A stretch of DNA of 41,798 bases from a virus. Lineage: Duplodnaviria > Caudoviricetes. The stretch spans positions 1 through 41,798 of IMG/VR virus record IMGVR_UViG_3300048599_000900. The stretch is one strand, 5' to 3'. Position 1 is the stretch's first letter. Each line of letters opens with the position of its first letter. The notes beneath the pieces were generated by a model, which was given only the letters and a program-made list of their open reading frames with translations, was not told the DNA's origin and did no database searches. Positions 1 through 9,195 of the stretch are shown piece by piece. A program made the translations under genes and the position numbers.

Positions 1-1134
1 TTATAAGGCTTTTTTGGCCGAATTGTCCCACCGGGCCGATTTGCCGCCCGAAGGTGGGACACTTCCGTTCTCCGGCTGTTCGTTTCCGGAGGGCACCAGG
101 AGGTGCATCGCGTCGCCAGCGAGGCGCTTCCGGTTCGCCTTGCGCGTGTAGCGCGCCGCCTGTTTCGGGCTCTCCCATCCGTAAATCGCCATGAGCTGGT
201 GTTCGGTCGCTCCGTTGTCGGCGGCGATCGTCGCGCCTGCCTTCCTCAAGCCGTGGGCTGAGCAGTGCTCAAGGCCCGCCTCCCGACACCGCTTCTTGAA
301 CCAGTTGCCGACCCCGTTCGCCGTGAAGGGCTTCCCGAACTCGGTGACGAGATAGGTGAGGTGTCCCGACGGGCAGGCGTCGAGCGACGCCCGCAGTTGC
401 GGCAGGATCGGCAGTTCCTGTTCCTTGCGGTTCCGTTTCTGCCCCTTCGTCTCGACGAAGCGAATCCAGCCGGTCGAGGTTTCCATCTGGCGGCCGAGCT
501 TCACGAGGTCGCAGCGCCGCACTCCGGTGAACAGCAGCAGGTCGAGCGCGAGACGTGCCTTGGTGCCGATCGGGTGGCGCGTCTGGTACTGCGCGACCTC
601 CTCGATCGTCCAGGTGTGGAAGCCTTCGGTCGCAACGCGGATATAGGGCACGTCGCGCGCCGGGTTCTTCTCGGCGAGGTCGGCCTCGACCGCCCAGGCG
701 AAGACCTGCCGAAGCGCCTTGAGACGGCCGTTGGCGGCTTCGGGGCCGGTGGCGTTCCATTCGTCGCGCAGGGTGCGAACGTGCCGGGGTTCGAGCTTCG
801 CGAATCGCTTCGAGCCATGCTTCGTGCAGAGCGCGTCGAGCTGCCCCCGCCTCACCTTGCGGGTCGAGTCCTCCAACTGCGTGAATTCGGCGGACTGGTA
901 GTAGCGTTCGACCAACCAGCGCAGGGAATCGCGCGCCGCCGGGGCCTCGATCGGCTCGGGGCGTTCGATTCCCTTCACCGCCGCATCGTATTCGGCGAGG
1001 AATTCCGGGGTTCCCGGCTCCGCGCGCAGACGAACTTTCCGGCCGGAACGGCGCACGTAGAGGCGCACATTGCCGTGCCGGTCCATGTCCTCGACCAGAT
1101 ACCGGAGGCTGATCTTCACGTCCGCCTCAATCAT
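1..1134 (-). CDS. Phage tyrosine integrase
   Basis: Catalytic motifs TGVRR, HGLRK, YGW, ARYT. Start set at ATG 1134 overlapping the xis stop. Confidence 0.95.
   Translation of the reverse strand: MIEADVKISLRYLVEDMDRHGNVRLYVRRSGRKVRLRAEPGTPEFLAEYDAAVKGIERPEPIEAPAARDSLRWLVERYYQSAEFTQLEDSTRKVRRGQLDALCTKHGSKRFAKLEPRHVRTLRDEWNATGPEAANGRLKALRQVFAWAVEADLAEKNPARDVPYIRVATEGFHTWTIEEVAQYQTRHPIGTKARLALDLLLFTGVRRCDLVKLGRQMETSTGWIRFVETKGQKRNRKEQELPILPQLRASLDACPSGHLTYLVTEFGKPFTANGVGNWFKKRCREAGLEHCSAHGLRKAGATIAADNGATEHQLMAIYGWESPKQAARYTRKANRKRLAGDAMHLLVPSGNEQPENGSVPPSGGKSARWDNSAKKAL
24..64. repeat. Putative integrase arm-type sites, left
   Basis: TGTCCCACC (24-32) and GGTGGGACACTT (53-64). The same 12-mer recurs at 40065-40076. 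Confidence 0.65.
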
Positions 1135-1381
1135 CCCATTCGTTCCGATCGACTTCATTGGGAAGGTCCTCGAAAGCACTGTCAAGGGCGACGCGATCCC
1201 AGACCACCCGCCCGTCGATGCGCTTCGGCTTCGGCATGCGCCCGTCCTTGACCATCTCGTCGAACTTCGAGGCGGATATTCCGACGTAGGCCGCCGCCTG
1301 GCACCGCGACAGGCCGCGCGGTGCCAGGGAGGCGGGGAGGATCTGCGAAGGGCGCACGGTGGCGGCAGCGGCAGGCATCAC
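1127..1381 (-). CDS. Excisionase / AlpA-like HTH protein
   Basis: PRGLSR..AAAYVGIS..KFDEMVKDGRMPKPKRIDGRVVWDR, directly upstream of the integrase. Confidence 0.85.
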   Translation of the reverse strand: MMPAAAATVRPSQILPASLAPRGLSRCQAAAYVGISASKFDEMVKDGRMPKPKRIDGRVVWDRVALDSAFEDLPNEVDRNEWDD

Positions 1382-1602
1382 ACATCCCTCTTGATGAGCG
1401 TGCCGTGGATGACAATTTGAGTTTTCCCGTCCTCTTCAAAGATTGCACACGTGTCGTCGCTCGCGACCAGCGAGAGCAGCGCGTCGAATCCCTGACCGCT
1501 TAGAACAATTTCGTTGGCAGCCCATGAACCTCCGCCGATCTTGTAAAGGGCCATCTGCAACGCGATGATGGATTCCGCGACCTCTCCGTAAGGCTTATTC
1601 AT
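1378..1602 (-). CDS. Hypothetical protein (74 aa), lower GC
   Basis: Overlaps both neighbours in the operon. Confidence 0.65.
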   Translation of the reverse strand: MNKPYGEVAESIIALQMALYKIGGGSWAANEIVLSGQGFDALLSLVASDDTCAIFEEDGKTQIVIHGTLIKRDV

Positions 1603-1981
1603 CTCGGACCTCCTTTACGATCGACTGTTCGATGTGGATCAGCGCGTCGAGGGCGGCGCCGATGGGAGATGCGGGGACCGTCGGGACCGTGCGGCTGTCG
1701 AGGTCTTCGGGGCGCGTCGGCCCGAGGGGGATGCGCGCGATCGACCGGGCGAGAGCGTCGAGCGGCACGCCGTGCTGCAGGGCGACGCTGATCACCACGG
1801 CCGCGTCGGAGGTGATCGCGTCCATCGCGGAGCCCTCCTTCGCCCCGGACAGGAAGACTTCGCGCACGTGGCCGGAGGCGGGGTCGATGCCTGCCGACAC
1901 GGTGAGGAGCGCGCCGCCGGCGGCTACCACGTCGGTGATCACCGGGCGCCGGTTCGGGAGGCGTTCGCGGGTGGTGGTCAT
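1595..1981 (-). CDS. Stand-alone TSCPD-like (class II RNR C-terminal-like) domain protein
   Basis: RERLPNRR...EVFL..AKEGS...AVVISVALQHGVPL...ASPI pattern. Confidence 0.7.
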   Translation of the reverse strand: MTTTRERLPNRRPVITDVVAAGGALLTVSAGIDPASGHVREVFLSGAKEGSAMDAITSDAAVVISVALQHGVPLDALARSIARIPLGPTRPEDLDSRTVPTVPASPIGAALDALIHIEQSIVKEVRDE

Positions 1982-2982
1982 GGCCGTTCGTCCCACAGAA
2001 CGCCATCCAGGAGACGGCCGGATTTGGCCTTGCCGATCCGCATGTGTGGGGGTGGACAGGTGCCGTGGATGTCGGTGTAAAGCAGGGCGTCGGGGTGCCA
2101 TTCACCCCATTGCTTGAACAGGAAGGGGACGCCCGCCGCCTTGCACTGGTCGCGGAGGCCGCGCGCCCACTCCGGGTGCATCGGCCGCGCGTGCGGTCCG
2201 CTCTCGCCGCCGCAGATGACCCAATCGACGCGGGGCAGGCTATTGGGGCCGAAGCTCATACCGTCCCCGTCGTGCCCGTCGCACTCCGGGCATGCGTTGT
2301 AATCCGCGAGGGTTTCTCCGCACTCGGGGCACGGTTCCCCATAGTAGGCGTTGTCGCCCCGCCAGCCGCATTCGTTGCAATAGGACAGCGGGGAGTTACC
2401 GCCCCAACCACAGCCGCAGCCGTAGTCGTGCTGCCACTGCCGAATGTCGACCGGCCCCAACAGCGGCTCGCACGAGAGGAAGCGGACCGCGGCGGGGGTG
2501 GAGAGAAGATCCGGGATGCGGCGGTCGGCTTCGGTCTGGTTCTCGACCGTGGTGCCGAGCCAGACGTTCGGCCAGCCGTCGCCCCATTCCGGGTGCCCGG
2601 CGGCTTTGGTCGGCAGCATCTTCGCGATGTTCTGAGGGCGCTTGGTCAGCAGCAGCCAATCGAGATACGGCGTCATCGCGATGTAGTGCCAGAGGTCGTC
2701 TCGCCAGCGCACCGGAACCTGATTGTCGAACACATCGGCGAGGCTGGCGCAGAACACCTTGCGCCGAATACCCGACGCGGCCGCCTCCTTGTTCCACTTC
2801 AACGGCTGCCGCCAGTTCTCCGCGCTCGTGCGACGACGCTCGCCGGTCCAGAGGTCGGCGTGTCCGGTGCGCTTCGCCCATCCTTCGGCATAGCAGTTCG
2901 CGCAGGCCGGGCTGATCTTGGTGCAGCCGACCCATGGATTGAAGGTGTGGTCGGTCCATTCGATCTTGCTGTTCTCGACCAC
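1978..2982 (-). CDS. Gp37/Gp68 (DUF5131) family protein
   Basis: SKIEWTDHTFNPWVGCTKISPACANCYAE, LLTKRP, FLSCEPLLG, WVICGGESG, FLFKQWG. GTG start after AGGAGG. Confidence 0.93.
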   Translation of the reverse strand: MVENSKIEWTDHTFNPWVGCTKISPACANCYAEGWAKRTGHADLWTGERRRTSAENWRQPLKWNKEAAASGIRRKVFCASLADVFDNQVPVRWRDDLWHYIAMTPYLDWLLLTKRPQNIAKMLPTKAAGHPEWGDGWPNVWLGTTVENQTEADRRIPDLLSTPAAVRFLSCEPLLGPVDIRQWQHDYGCGCGWGGNSPLSYCNECGWRGDNAYYGEPCPECGETLADYNACPECDGHDGDGMSFGPNSLPRVDWVICGGESGPHARPMHPEWARGLRDQCKAAGVPFLFKQWGEWHPDALLYTDIHGTCPPPHMRIGKAKSGRLLDGVLWDERP

Positions 2983-2984
2983 TG

Positions 2985-3287
2985 CTACCTCCTGATGATC
3001 CATTCGACGCAGATGTCGCGGGGCTCGACTTCGCCGCTTCCCTGGAAGATCAGGAAGCCGGTGCGGGCGAACAGGCGGGTCTCGCGCTTCACGCACTCGC
3101 TGCGCTCCTGCTTCCACTCCGCAAGGCGGCCGTTCTCATGGCCGATCTGGTAGATGAAGAAGATCGCGACACCGCAGACGGCCAGCATCACCGCCCAGAA
3201 CAGGGTGGTGAGCCAGCGTTCGCGCCGGGACGGCTTCTGCTCGGGATCGGGCGGAAGATAGGGGATGGGGAAGTAAAAACCGGCCAT
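2985..3287 (-). CDS. Hypothetical single-TM membrane protein
   Basis: Hydrophobic segment WLTTLFWAVMLAVCGVAIFFIY; fits the operon spacing. Confidence 0.65.
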   Translation of the reverse strand: MAGFYFPIPYLPPDPEQKPSRRERWLTTLFWAVMLAVCGVAIFFIYQIGHENGRLAEWKQERSECVKRETRLFARTGFLIFQGSGEVEPRDICVEWIIRR

Positions 3288-3290
3288 GGT

Positions 3291-3653
3291 TCACCCCCCG
3301 ACCGTCTGGAAGTGCAGGGTCTTGGCGAGGGCGGCGACGCTCTGGCGGGCCCACTCCGGCATTTCCTGCATCAGCCGCGAGGTTTCGAGGGCCAGGCGGC
3401 GGCCTTCGGTGGGCGGCAAGACCGGGCAGCCGACGTTCTCGAACAGGCTGCCGACGGTGATCCCGAGCGCCTGGGCGATGTCCTGCAGGCGGCTCGCCGA
3501 CACGCGGTTGATGCCGTGCTCGTACTTGTGGAGCTGCTGGTAGGTGACGCCCACCTTCGCGGCGAGTTGCTGCTGGCTGAGGCCGAGGGAGACGCGCCGG
3601 GCCCGGATGCGGGCGCCGACGACGACATCGGTTTCGGTGTTGCGCTTGGTCAT
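3291..3653 (-). CDS. XRE-family HTH regulator
   Basis: VGARIRARRVSLGLSQQQLA..VGVTYQQLHKYEHGINRVSASRL. Confidence 0.9.
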   Translation of the reverse strand: MTKRNTETDVVVGARIRARRVSLGLSQQQLAAKVGVTYQQLHKYEHGINRVSASRLQDIAQALGITVGSLFENVGCPVLPPTEGRRLALETSRLMQEMPEWARQSVAALAKTLHFQTVGG

Positions 3654-3655
3654 GG

Positions 3656-4258
3656 TCAGGCAATCTCCATGTCGCGGATGGCGAAGAACACCTCCCGGCA
3701 GGCGCGAACGTCGGCGAGCGCGTCGTGCGCCCCCTTCATCTCGCGCTTCAGGAAGTGGCGGTAGGCCTCCTCCAGCTTCGGGGGCTTGGGTTTGTCGAAC
3801 CCGGCGGCGACCATGCGTTCGGTCGGCGGGAGTTTCAGGATCGGCGTCGAGAGGGCCTGCGTGCAGGCGTGGCTGCCCGCCTTCCACTCGTCGGCGTCGC
3901 ACACGTGCGGATAGCGGTGCAGGGCGATCCGCAGGATTCGCGCGTCGAAGCTCTCGTTGTGGGCGACGCGGACGGTGGCGCGGCGCCACATGGCGATGAA
4001 CATCGCGACCGCCACGTCCTCGCCGACGCCGCCGGTCTCCGCCCGCTCCATGGTTATGCCGGTGAGCTTCTGGAGTTCCTCCGGGATCGTCCAGCCGTCG
4101 GGCCGGACGAGGAGGTCGAGGAGACCGAGCTTCGCGCCGGTCTCGTCGGTGAGAAGCGCCGCGATCTGCGTGAGGTGCGGCTGGTCGGGATGCTCGGACG
4201 GCTCCTTCCAGAGCGGGAGTCCGGTGGTCTCGGTGTCGTAGAACAGGAAGATCGGCAT
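3656..4258 (-). CDS. DnaQ-like DEDDh 3'-5' exonuclease
   Basis: DTETTG, VAHNESFD, AHDALAD motifs. Confidence 0.92.
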   Translation of the reverse strand: MPIFLFYDTETTGLPLWKEPSEHPDQPHLTQIAALLTDETGAKLGLLDLLVRPDGWTIPEELQKLTGITMERAETGGVGEDVAVAMFIAMWRRATVRVAHNESFDARILRIALHRYPHVCDADEWKAGSHACTQALSTPILKLPPTERMVAAGFDKPKPPKLEEAYRHFLKREMKGAHDALADVRACREVFFAIRDMEIA

Positions 4259-4260
4259 GG

Positions 4261-4557
4261 TCAGCCCTCCTCGCTCTTGGCTTTTTCGCGGATCGCTTCG
4301 GCAGCGCGAGCCATAGGAGAAGGCTCCTCGCAGAGTTCGACGAGGATGCGCATCGCCATCGCGGCGACCTGAACCGCCTCCGCCCGCATGGCATCCATGC
4401 TCCTGGCGGACGGCTTGCGCTTCACCTCGTCCCAGAGTTCGTCAACCTCTTCCTCAAGGACCGCGTAGCCCTCGTGGAAGCTGTTGAACGGCTTGTATTT
4501 CCTGCGCGCCTCGGAGAACTCCTCCTCGACGGCGGCGAAGGCGGATCGAACCTCCAT
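4261..4557 (-). CDS. MazG-like all-alpha NTP pyrophosphatase
   Basis: HEGYAVLEEEVDELWDEVK...EAVQVAAMA. Confidence 0.6.
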   Translation of the reverse strand: MEVRSAFAAVEEEFSEARRKYKPFNSFHEGYAVLEEEVDELWDEVKRKPSARSMDAMRAEAVQVAAMAMRILVELCEEPSPMARAAEAIREKAKSEEG

Positions 4558-4559
4558 GG

Positions 4560-6266
4560 TCAGGCGGCCTCCTGCTTGGCGGCGGCGCCGATCGCGCGGC
4601 ACTGCCCGCGTTCGACCCAATAGGTCGCGCCGAGGTCGGCGGCGGCGAGGTCGGGGGTCTTCTCCGGCTTCGCCACCGTCATGCCGACCAGGGCCGGGCA
4701 GCCGTTGTCGGGGTCGGAGAGCAGGCCGAACAGGCCGTTGCGCCCCAGGGGGTCGAGGATGTCGGCGCCGTCGATGATCACCATCGCGCTGTCGTCGAGG
4801 CGGGCCATGGCGATCTGGAGCGTCACCCGCACTCGATAGGCCTCGCTGTCGGAGAGCAGCGCGTAGGGACGGCCGCCGTACCGCGTGGCGAGGTCCTCGG
4901 TGAGGGTGACCGTCTTCCATTCGGCGGCCTCGCACAGCGGCGCGAGGATCGTGGAGTTGAAGGCCTCGATCGCGCGCGAGAGCTTGCGCTTGCGCACCCC
5001 GTCCGGGGCGAGCGCCTTCACCACCGCCGTCTGTACCAGGATTTCGCCGTGCAGGGCGTCGGCGCGTCGCTTGCGCCGCCCCGCGTCGAGGCGCTCCTGG
5101 GCGCGGGCGACGGCCGCCTTCGCGTCCTCGGCCGACCCGACCGCGCCGATGGTTTCGACCTTGCGCGAGAGCTTCTCGTGATCGGCCTTCGCCTGCTCGG
5201 CCAGCTTCACCTGCGCCTGCAGGCTCGACACCTCGTTGGCGAGGCGGTTGGCGACGCTCGCGGCCTCGGCCAGGGTCTTCTGCGCGGCGGCGATCGCGGC
5301 GCGGCGCGCGGCGGCTTCTTCCGCGTCAACCGGCTCGACGTGTTCGAAGCGGTACTTGTCGGCGCCGACCACCTTCACCGCCAGGGCCGCGCCGCAGCAC
5401 GGGCAGGCGGTGACGTTCTCGTGGTCGGGGACGGTCGGCAGGGCGTTCAGCTCCTCGCGCGCCGTGTCGGCGGCGGCCTTGGCCTTGGCGGCCTCGGCGC
5501 GCGCCGCCGCGAACTGGCGGTTCAGGCCCTCGATGCGGTCGGCGGTCTCCTTGAGTTGGGCGAGACGTTCGGCACCCACGGCTTCCGCGCGCAGCGCCTT
5601 TTCGTGCGCCTCCTTCGCCTCGGCGAGCTGGCGGGAGAGGTCCTCCTCGCCCGCCTCCGCGACTTCCGGCGACCAGCCGGGCGGCGTCCAGGTGGTCGCC
5701 TTGGCGCTGCCGTACTTGTCGCCGGTGAGACGCTCCCATTCGCGCTTCGCCGCCGCGCCATCGGCCTTGGCGGCCTCGGTCGCGCCGTCCCAGCCCTGCG
5801 CCTGCACGAGGTCCCAGGCGGTATCGATCTGCGCGTCGGACAGCTCGGCGTCGCGCAGCACGTCGGCCAGATCCTCGCGGCCCGGCTCGGCGTGCATGTA
5901 GTCGGCGAGGGCGCGCGCCCGGTCGCGGGCGTCGAGGTCAAGCACCGAGACGATGCCGACGGCGTAGACGCTCGCCTGCGGCGGCATGGCGGTGCTCGCG
6001 ACTTCGGCGGCGGGCCACGCGGCGCGGGCGGTTCCGTTGTCGTCGGACACCGACACCGAGCCGCCGGTGGCGCCGGAGCGCACCAGCTCCCCGGCGTCCT
6101 TCTTGTGTGCACCGGCGGGCAGAGGCCTGCCGGAGAGCGCCGCGCCGGCGGCGCGCAGGATCGAGGACTTGCCCGCGCCGTTGAGCCCGGCGATCAGCGC
6201 GATCGGGGACACCGCAACGTCGGCGCGTTCGATCCCCCGGAAATCGCGGACGGAAATCTGGAACAT
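4560..6266 (-). CDS. Rad50/SbcC-like ABC ATPase with coiled coil and zinc hook
   Basis: Walker A GLNGAGKS, central CPCC, signature-like LSDSE, Walker B IIDGADILD. Confidence 0.85.
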   Translation of the reverse strand: MFQISVRDFRGIERADVAVSPIALIAGLNGAGKSSILRAAGAALSGRPLPAGAHKKDAGELVRSGATGGSVSVSDDNGTARAAWPAAEVASTAMPPQASVYAVGIVSVLDLDARDRARALADYMHAEPGREDLADVLRDAELSDAQIDTAWDLVQAQGWDGATEAAKADGAAAKREWERLTGDKYGSAKATTWTPPGWSPEVAEAGEEDLSRQLAEAKEAHEKALRAEAVGAERLAQLKETADRIEGLNRQFAAARAEAAKAKAAADTAREELNALPTVPDHENVTACPCCGAALAVKVVGADKYRFEHVEPVDAEEAAARRAAIAAAQKTLAEAASVANRLANEVSSLQAQVKLAEQAKADHEKLSRKVETIGAVGSAEDAKAAVARAQERLDAGRRKRRADALHGEILVQTAVVKALAPDGVRKRKLSRAIEAFNSTILAPLCEAAEWKTVTLTEDLATRYGGRPYALLSDSEAYRVRVTLQIAMARLDDSAMVIIDGADILDPLGRNGLFGLLSDPDNGCPALVGMTVAKPEKTPDLAAADLGATYWVERGQCRAIGAAAKQEAA

Positions 6267-6269
6267 GGA

Positions 6270-7319
6270 TCATTCCTCCCCGGAGAAGAGGGCGCCTCCG
6301 CGCTGGCGGCGGGGCTGCTGCTGCGCGGGCACGGCGGCGGGTTCGGGTTCGTCGAGGATCACGCCGTCTTCGTCGTGAAGTGGCTCCTCGGCGGGCTGGT
6401 GGGCGATCTGCGCCGGAGGCTCGGGAGCCTCGGGCTCGTCGTCGGCGGAGGCCGGGCGGCGTGCGGTCTCCACGTCGATCAGCGCCGTCTGGTCGTCGGA
6501 GGTGAAGGCGGCGTAATCGACCTTGCCCGCCTCGGCCATCGCGTCGAGCGCGGCGGCGTTCGCGAACTCGATCGACAGGGGCAGCATCTTGGCGATGCGG
6601 CGGATCATCGTCTTCGACGCCATCTCGTGCTCGTAGGCCACCCACGGGCTGCTGGCGTAGGCGTAGTCCCGGCCGCCGTCCTTGGCGGAGACGGCCTGCT
6701 TGTAGGCCTGGGAGTTGTCGCGGATCGCCATCACCTGCTCGTAGGGCAGGACCTCGAACGCCTCGCCATCCTTGAGCTTGGCGTGGGCGTAGGCCCAGAG
6801 CGCCTTGCGCCCGGCGCGCGCGCCGCGCGGGACGTGCCGCAGGTGCATGTTGGTGCCGTACTCGAAGCTGAAGTCGTCGCCCTCGTACACCACGTCGGCG
6901 TGGATGGAGACCATCGAGCCGGAGCGCCGGGCAAGATCGACGTAGCCCCGATAGCCGATGATCAGGTTCACGTCCACACGCTCGGTCACCCACCGGCCGC
7001 CCTCCTTGCGGCGCTTCTCGAAGGGGATCAGGTAGGCGTGGCCGAGGGGCGTGTTCGGCTCGATGCCGAGGCTCGCGCACACCATCATCGCGCCGAGCAG
7101 GGTGATCGCGTCGCACTCGGCGAGCTTCGGGGTCTTGTGGATCGCCATCGCCATGACGCGCAGCATGCGCTGCGGGTTGAGGTGGGCGGGAACGACGGCC
7201 TTGAAGCGTTCGACCATCTTCGGCGACTTGAGAATCGCCTGGATGTCGTTGCGCTCCTCGCGCGGCGCGGCGAGCGGCGGGCGCTGACCGTGGGCGTTGG
7301 CGGGAACCTGGTTGGACAT
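6270..7319 (-). CDS. recT: RecT family ssDNA annealing protein
   Basis: LGIEPNTPLGHAYLIPF, IIGYRG..LARRSG, VVYEGDDF, MASKTMIRR..K.LPLS. Confidence 0.92.
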   Translation of the reverse strand: MSNQVPANAHGQRPPLAAPREERNDIQAILKSPKMVERFKAVVPAHLNPQRMLRVMAMAIHKTPKLAECDAITLLGAMMVCASLGIEPNTPLGHAYLIPFEKRRKEGGRWVTERVDVNLIIGYRGYVDLARRSGSMVSIHADVVYEGDDFSFEYGTNMHLRHVPRGARAGRKALWAYAHAKLKDGEAFEVLPYEQVMAIRDNSQAYKQAVSAKDGGRDYAYASSPWVAYEHEMASKTMIRRIAKMLPLSIEFANAAALDAMAEAGKVDYAAFTSDDQTALIDVETARRPASADDEPEAPEPPAQIAHQPAEEPLHDEDGVILDEPEPAAVPAQQQPRRQRGGALFSGEE

Positions 7320-8176
7320 CACGACTCCTCCTTGATCATGTGCTCGCGGCAGAAGGCGGTTCCCCACGCGGGACACCACTTCTCGGAGCAGAGCTTGCTG
7401 TTCGGGTTGGCAGGGAATGCCCAGGGGTCTCCGGGCAGCAGGTGGCGGGCGAGATCGCCGTTGCGGAACGCGGTGATGTCGCCCTCGATGTGGCGCAGGA
7501 TGCTGACGGCGGCGGTCTCGGCGGCGGCCAGGTCGTGCAGAAAGGTCTGGGGCTCGGGCTGGGGGCGCGCCGTGGCGACGCGGCGAACGAAGTCCTCGGC
7601 CACCTCCTTCACGTCCACGTCGATGCCGTTGGAGCGCGCGAGCAGCGCGTAGGCGCCGAGCTGGGGCTTGTGGTTGCCCCTGATCTTGCCGGTCTTGAGG
7701 TCGCGCACCCGCCCCGGCTCGCGGGCGATCACGTCGGACTGCCCGGAGAGGACGACGCTCGGCGACACCTGCGCCTCGAGGCGTTCCTCGACCAGAACCG
7801 GCTCGACGCCCGGCGCGATGACGCGGCGATAGGCGCGCGTCATCCGCACCGCCTGGGTCACCGCCTCGTTGAGGGTGGCGGTTTCGCGGTCGTAGTTCAG
7901 GCCCTCGGCGAGGGCGGTTTCGCGCACCTGCTCCGCCGCGCAGTCGGTCGCGGCGCTCTCGGGCGCGAGGTCGCCGGAGGCCGCCTTTTCATGCAGCATC
8001 ATCGCGGCGCCCGCGTGCACGGCGGTGCCGACGGCGGCGCCGACCGACCCCGGCAGTGGGCGCAGTTCGTACCCGGCCGCCTCGACATCCGCCCGGAACA
8101 CCTTGGCGGCGGCGCGGCGCGGACAGTCGGGGTAGCCGGAGAGCGACGAAGCGCGGACGATCGTCGGTTCAGCCAT
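7319..8176 (-). CDS. PD-(D/E)XK (RecB-like) exonuclease
   Basis: GTAVH, SGQSD, DLKTG, QLGAY, with Cys near both ends; coupled to recT. Confidence 0.85.
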   Translation of the reverse strand: MAEPTIVRASSLSGYPDCPRRAAAKVFRADVEAAGYELRPLPGSVGAAVGTAVHAGAAMMLHEKAASGDLAPESAATDCAAEQVRETALAEGLNYDRETATLNEAVTQAVRMTRAYRRVIAPGVEPVLVEERLEAQVSPSVVLSGQSDVIAREPGRVRDLKTGKIRGNHKPQLGAYALLARSNGIDVDVKEVAEDFVRRVATARPQPEPQTFLHDLAAAETAAVSILRHIEGDITAFRNGDLARHLLPGDPWAFPANPNSKLCSEKWCPAWGTAFCREHMIKEES

Positions 8177-8369
8177 TGCACATCTCCCGCAGGGTGTCGG
8201 CGATGCCCGCGAGAACGAGATCGCCGAAGGCGAGCCACGCGAACAGCGCGGCGGCGGTCAGCACCATGGCGGCGGCGTTGCCGGAGAGGCGCAGGAGGTC
8301 TTCCCGCCCCCACGGGCGGCGGGCCGGAATCGCCGGGTGGCAATTGACGACGGTGAGGGCGGGCTTCAT
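8169..8369 (-). CDS. Small membrane protein
   Basis: One hydrophobic helix; overlaps the next gene. Confidence 0.55.
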   Translation of the reverse strand: MKPALTVVNCHPAIPARRPWGREDLLRLSGNAAAMVLTAAALFAWLAFGDLVLAGIADTLREMCNG

Positions 8370-8372
8370 GGA

Positions 8373-8699
8373 TCAGTCCTCCCCGGCTTCAAGTACGGCC
8401 TGCTCAGCCTTGAACTTCTCGGCGAGCTTGATGAATTTCTGGGGCTCCCAAATCGACATGCGCCGTATGATTTCCTTCACCCCCTTCCCCAAGCGCGGAG
8501 CGAAGGTCTGAACCATTCGCTCGCCGACTTCGGCAAGCAGTGCCTTCGCACGGGCTTTTTCTTCGCGCCGCACCTGAGCCGCCGCCCGAGCGAGAGCCTT
8601 GGCGGCGATCGCCTGACCGGCCTTGTAACGGTCGATCTGGGCGTCGATGTTTCCGCGCTTGGCGAGGGGGACGTTCAGGATTCCGTGATCGAGGCTCAT
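8373..8699 (-). CDS. Hypothetical phage protein
   Basis: Tightly spaced ORF in the early operon. Confidence 0.7.
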   Translation of the reverse strand: MSLDHGILNVPLAKRGNIDAQIDRYKAGQAIAAKALARAAAQVRREEKARAKALLAEVGERMVQTFAPRLGKGVKEIIRRMSIWEPQKFIKLAEKFKAEQAVLEAGED

Positions 8700-8702
8700 G
8701 GC

Positions 8703-8987
8703 TTACCCCACGTGCGTCTGTAGGGCGGCGAAGATCGCCTGACCGGGGGTCATGGCGGCGGCGCGGGTGCGCTCGCCTTCCTCGACCAGCTTGATGATGT
8801 GGCGGGCGAGGTAGCGCTGGCCTTCGAGGTGCCAGAGCTGCTCGCTGCTGACGTGGGCGCCGAGCTCCCGGTCCAGGGTGAGGGCGCGGAGATAGGCCAG
8901 AGCGGCCTCGCCGTCGGCGGTGCCGCCGAAGAGACGGGCGAACAGCGCCTGGGTTTCAGCCGGTGAGGAAATCGGAATGGTTGTCAT
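8703..8987 (-). CDS. Bbp19-like protein, first gene of the leftward early operon
   Basis: FARLF..ADGEAALAYLRALTLDR...HLEGQRYLARHI; RBS AAGGAGG. Confidence 0.7.
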   Translation of the reverse strand: MTTIPISSPAETQALFARLFGGTADGEAALAYLRALTLDRELGAHVSSEQLWHLEGQRYLARHIIKLVEEGERTRAAAMTPGQAIFAALQTHVG

Positions 8988-9016
8988 GGTCGCCTCCTTG
9001 TGAACACGGGAGGTAT

Positions 9017-9077
9017 GTTGCGATAATCACAACATGGCCGTCAAGAGAAAACGTTGCGATTTTCACAACGTTGCGAT
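9017..9077 (-). promoter_or_regulatory. OL operators and PL promoter
   Basis: GTTGCGATAATCACAAC (9017-9033), GTTGCGATTTTCACAAC (9053-9069), half-site 9070-9077. Minus-strand TTGACG (9044-9039)-N17-GCAACATA. Confidence 0.85.
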
Positions 9078-9195
9078 TGGTGGTTCTGGAAGACGAAATC
9101 TCGGGGCCGTTACCCTGCGAGATTGCAGCCTAAGATAAGTTGCGCGCTCCCCTTAGAGGTGTAATCTGTTCCTGCGATGTTCTCAGGAGGCAGGC

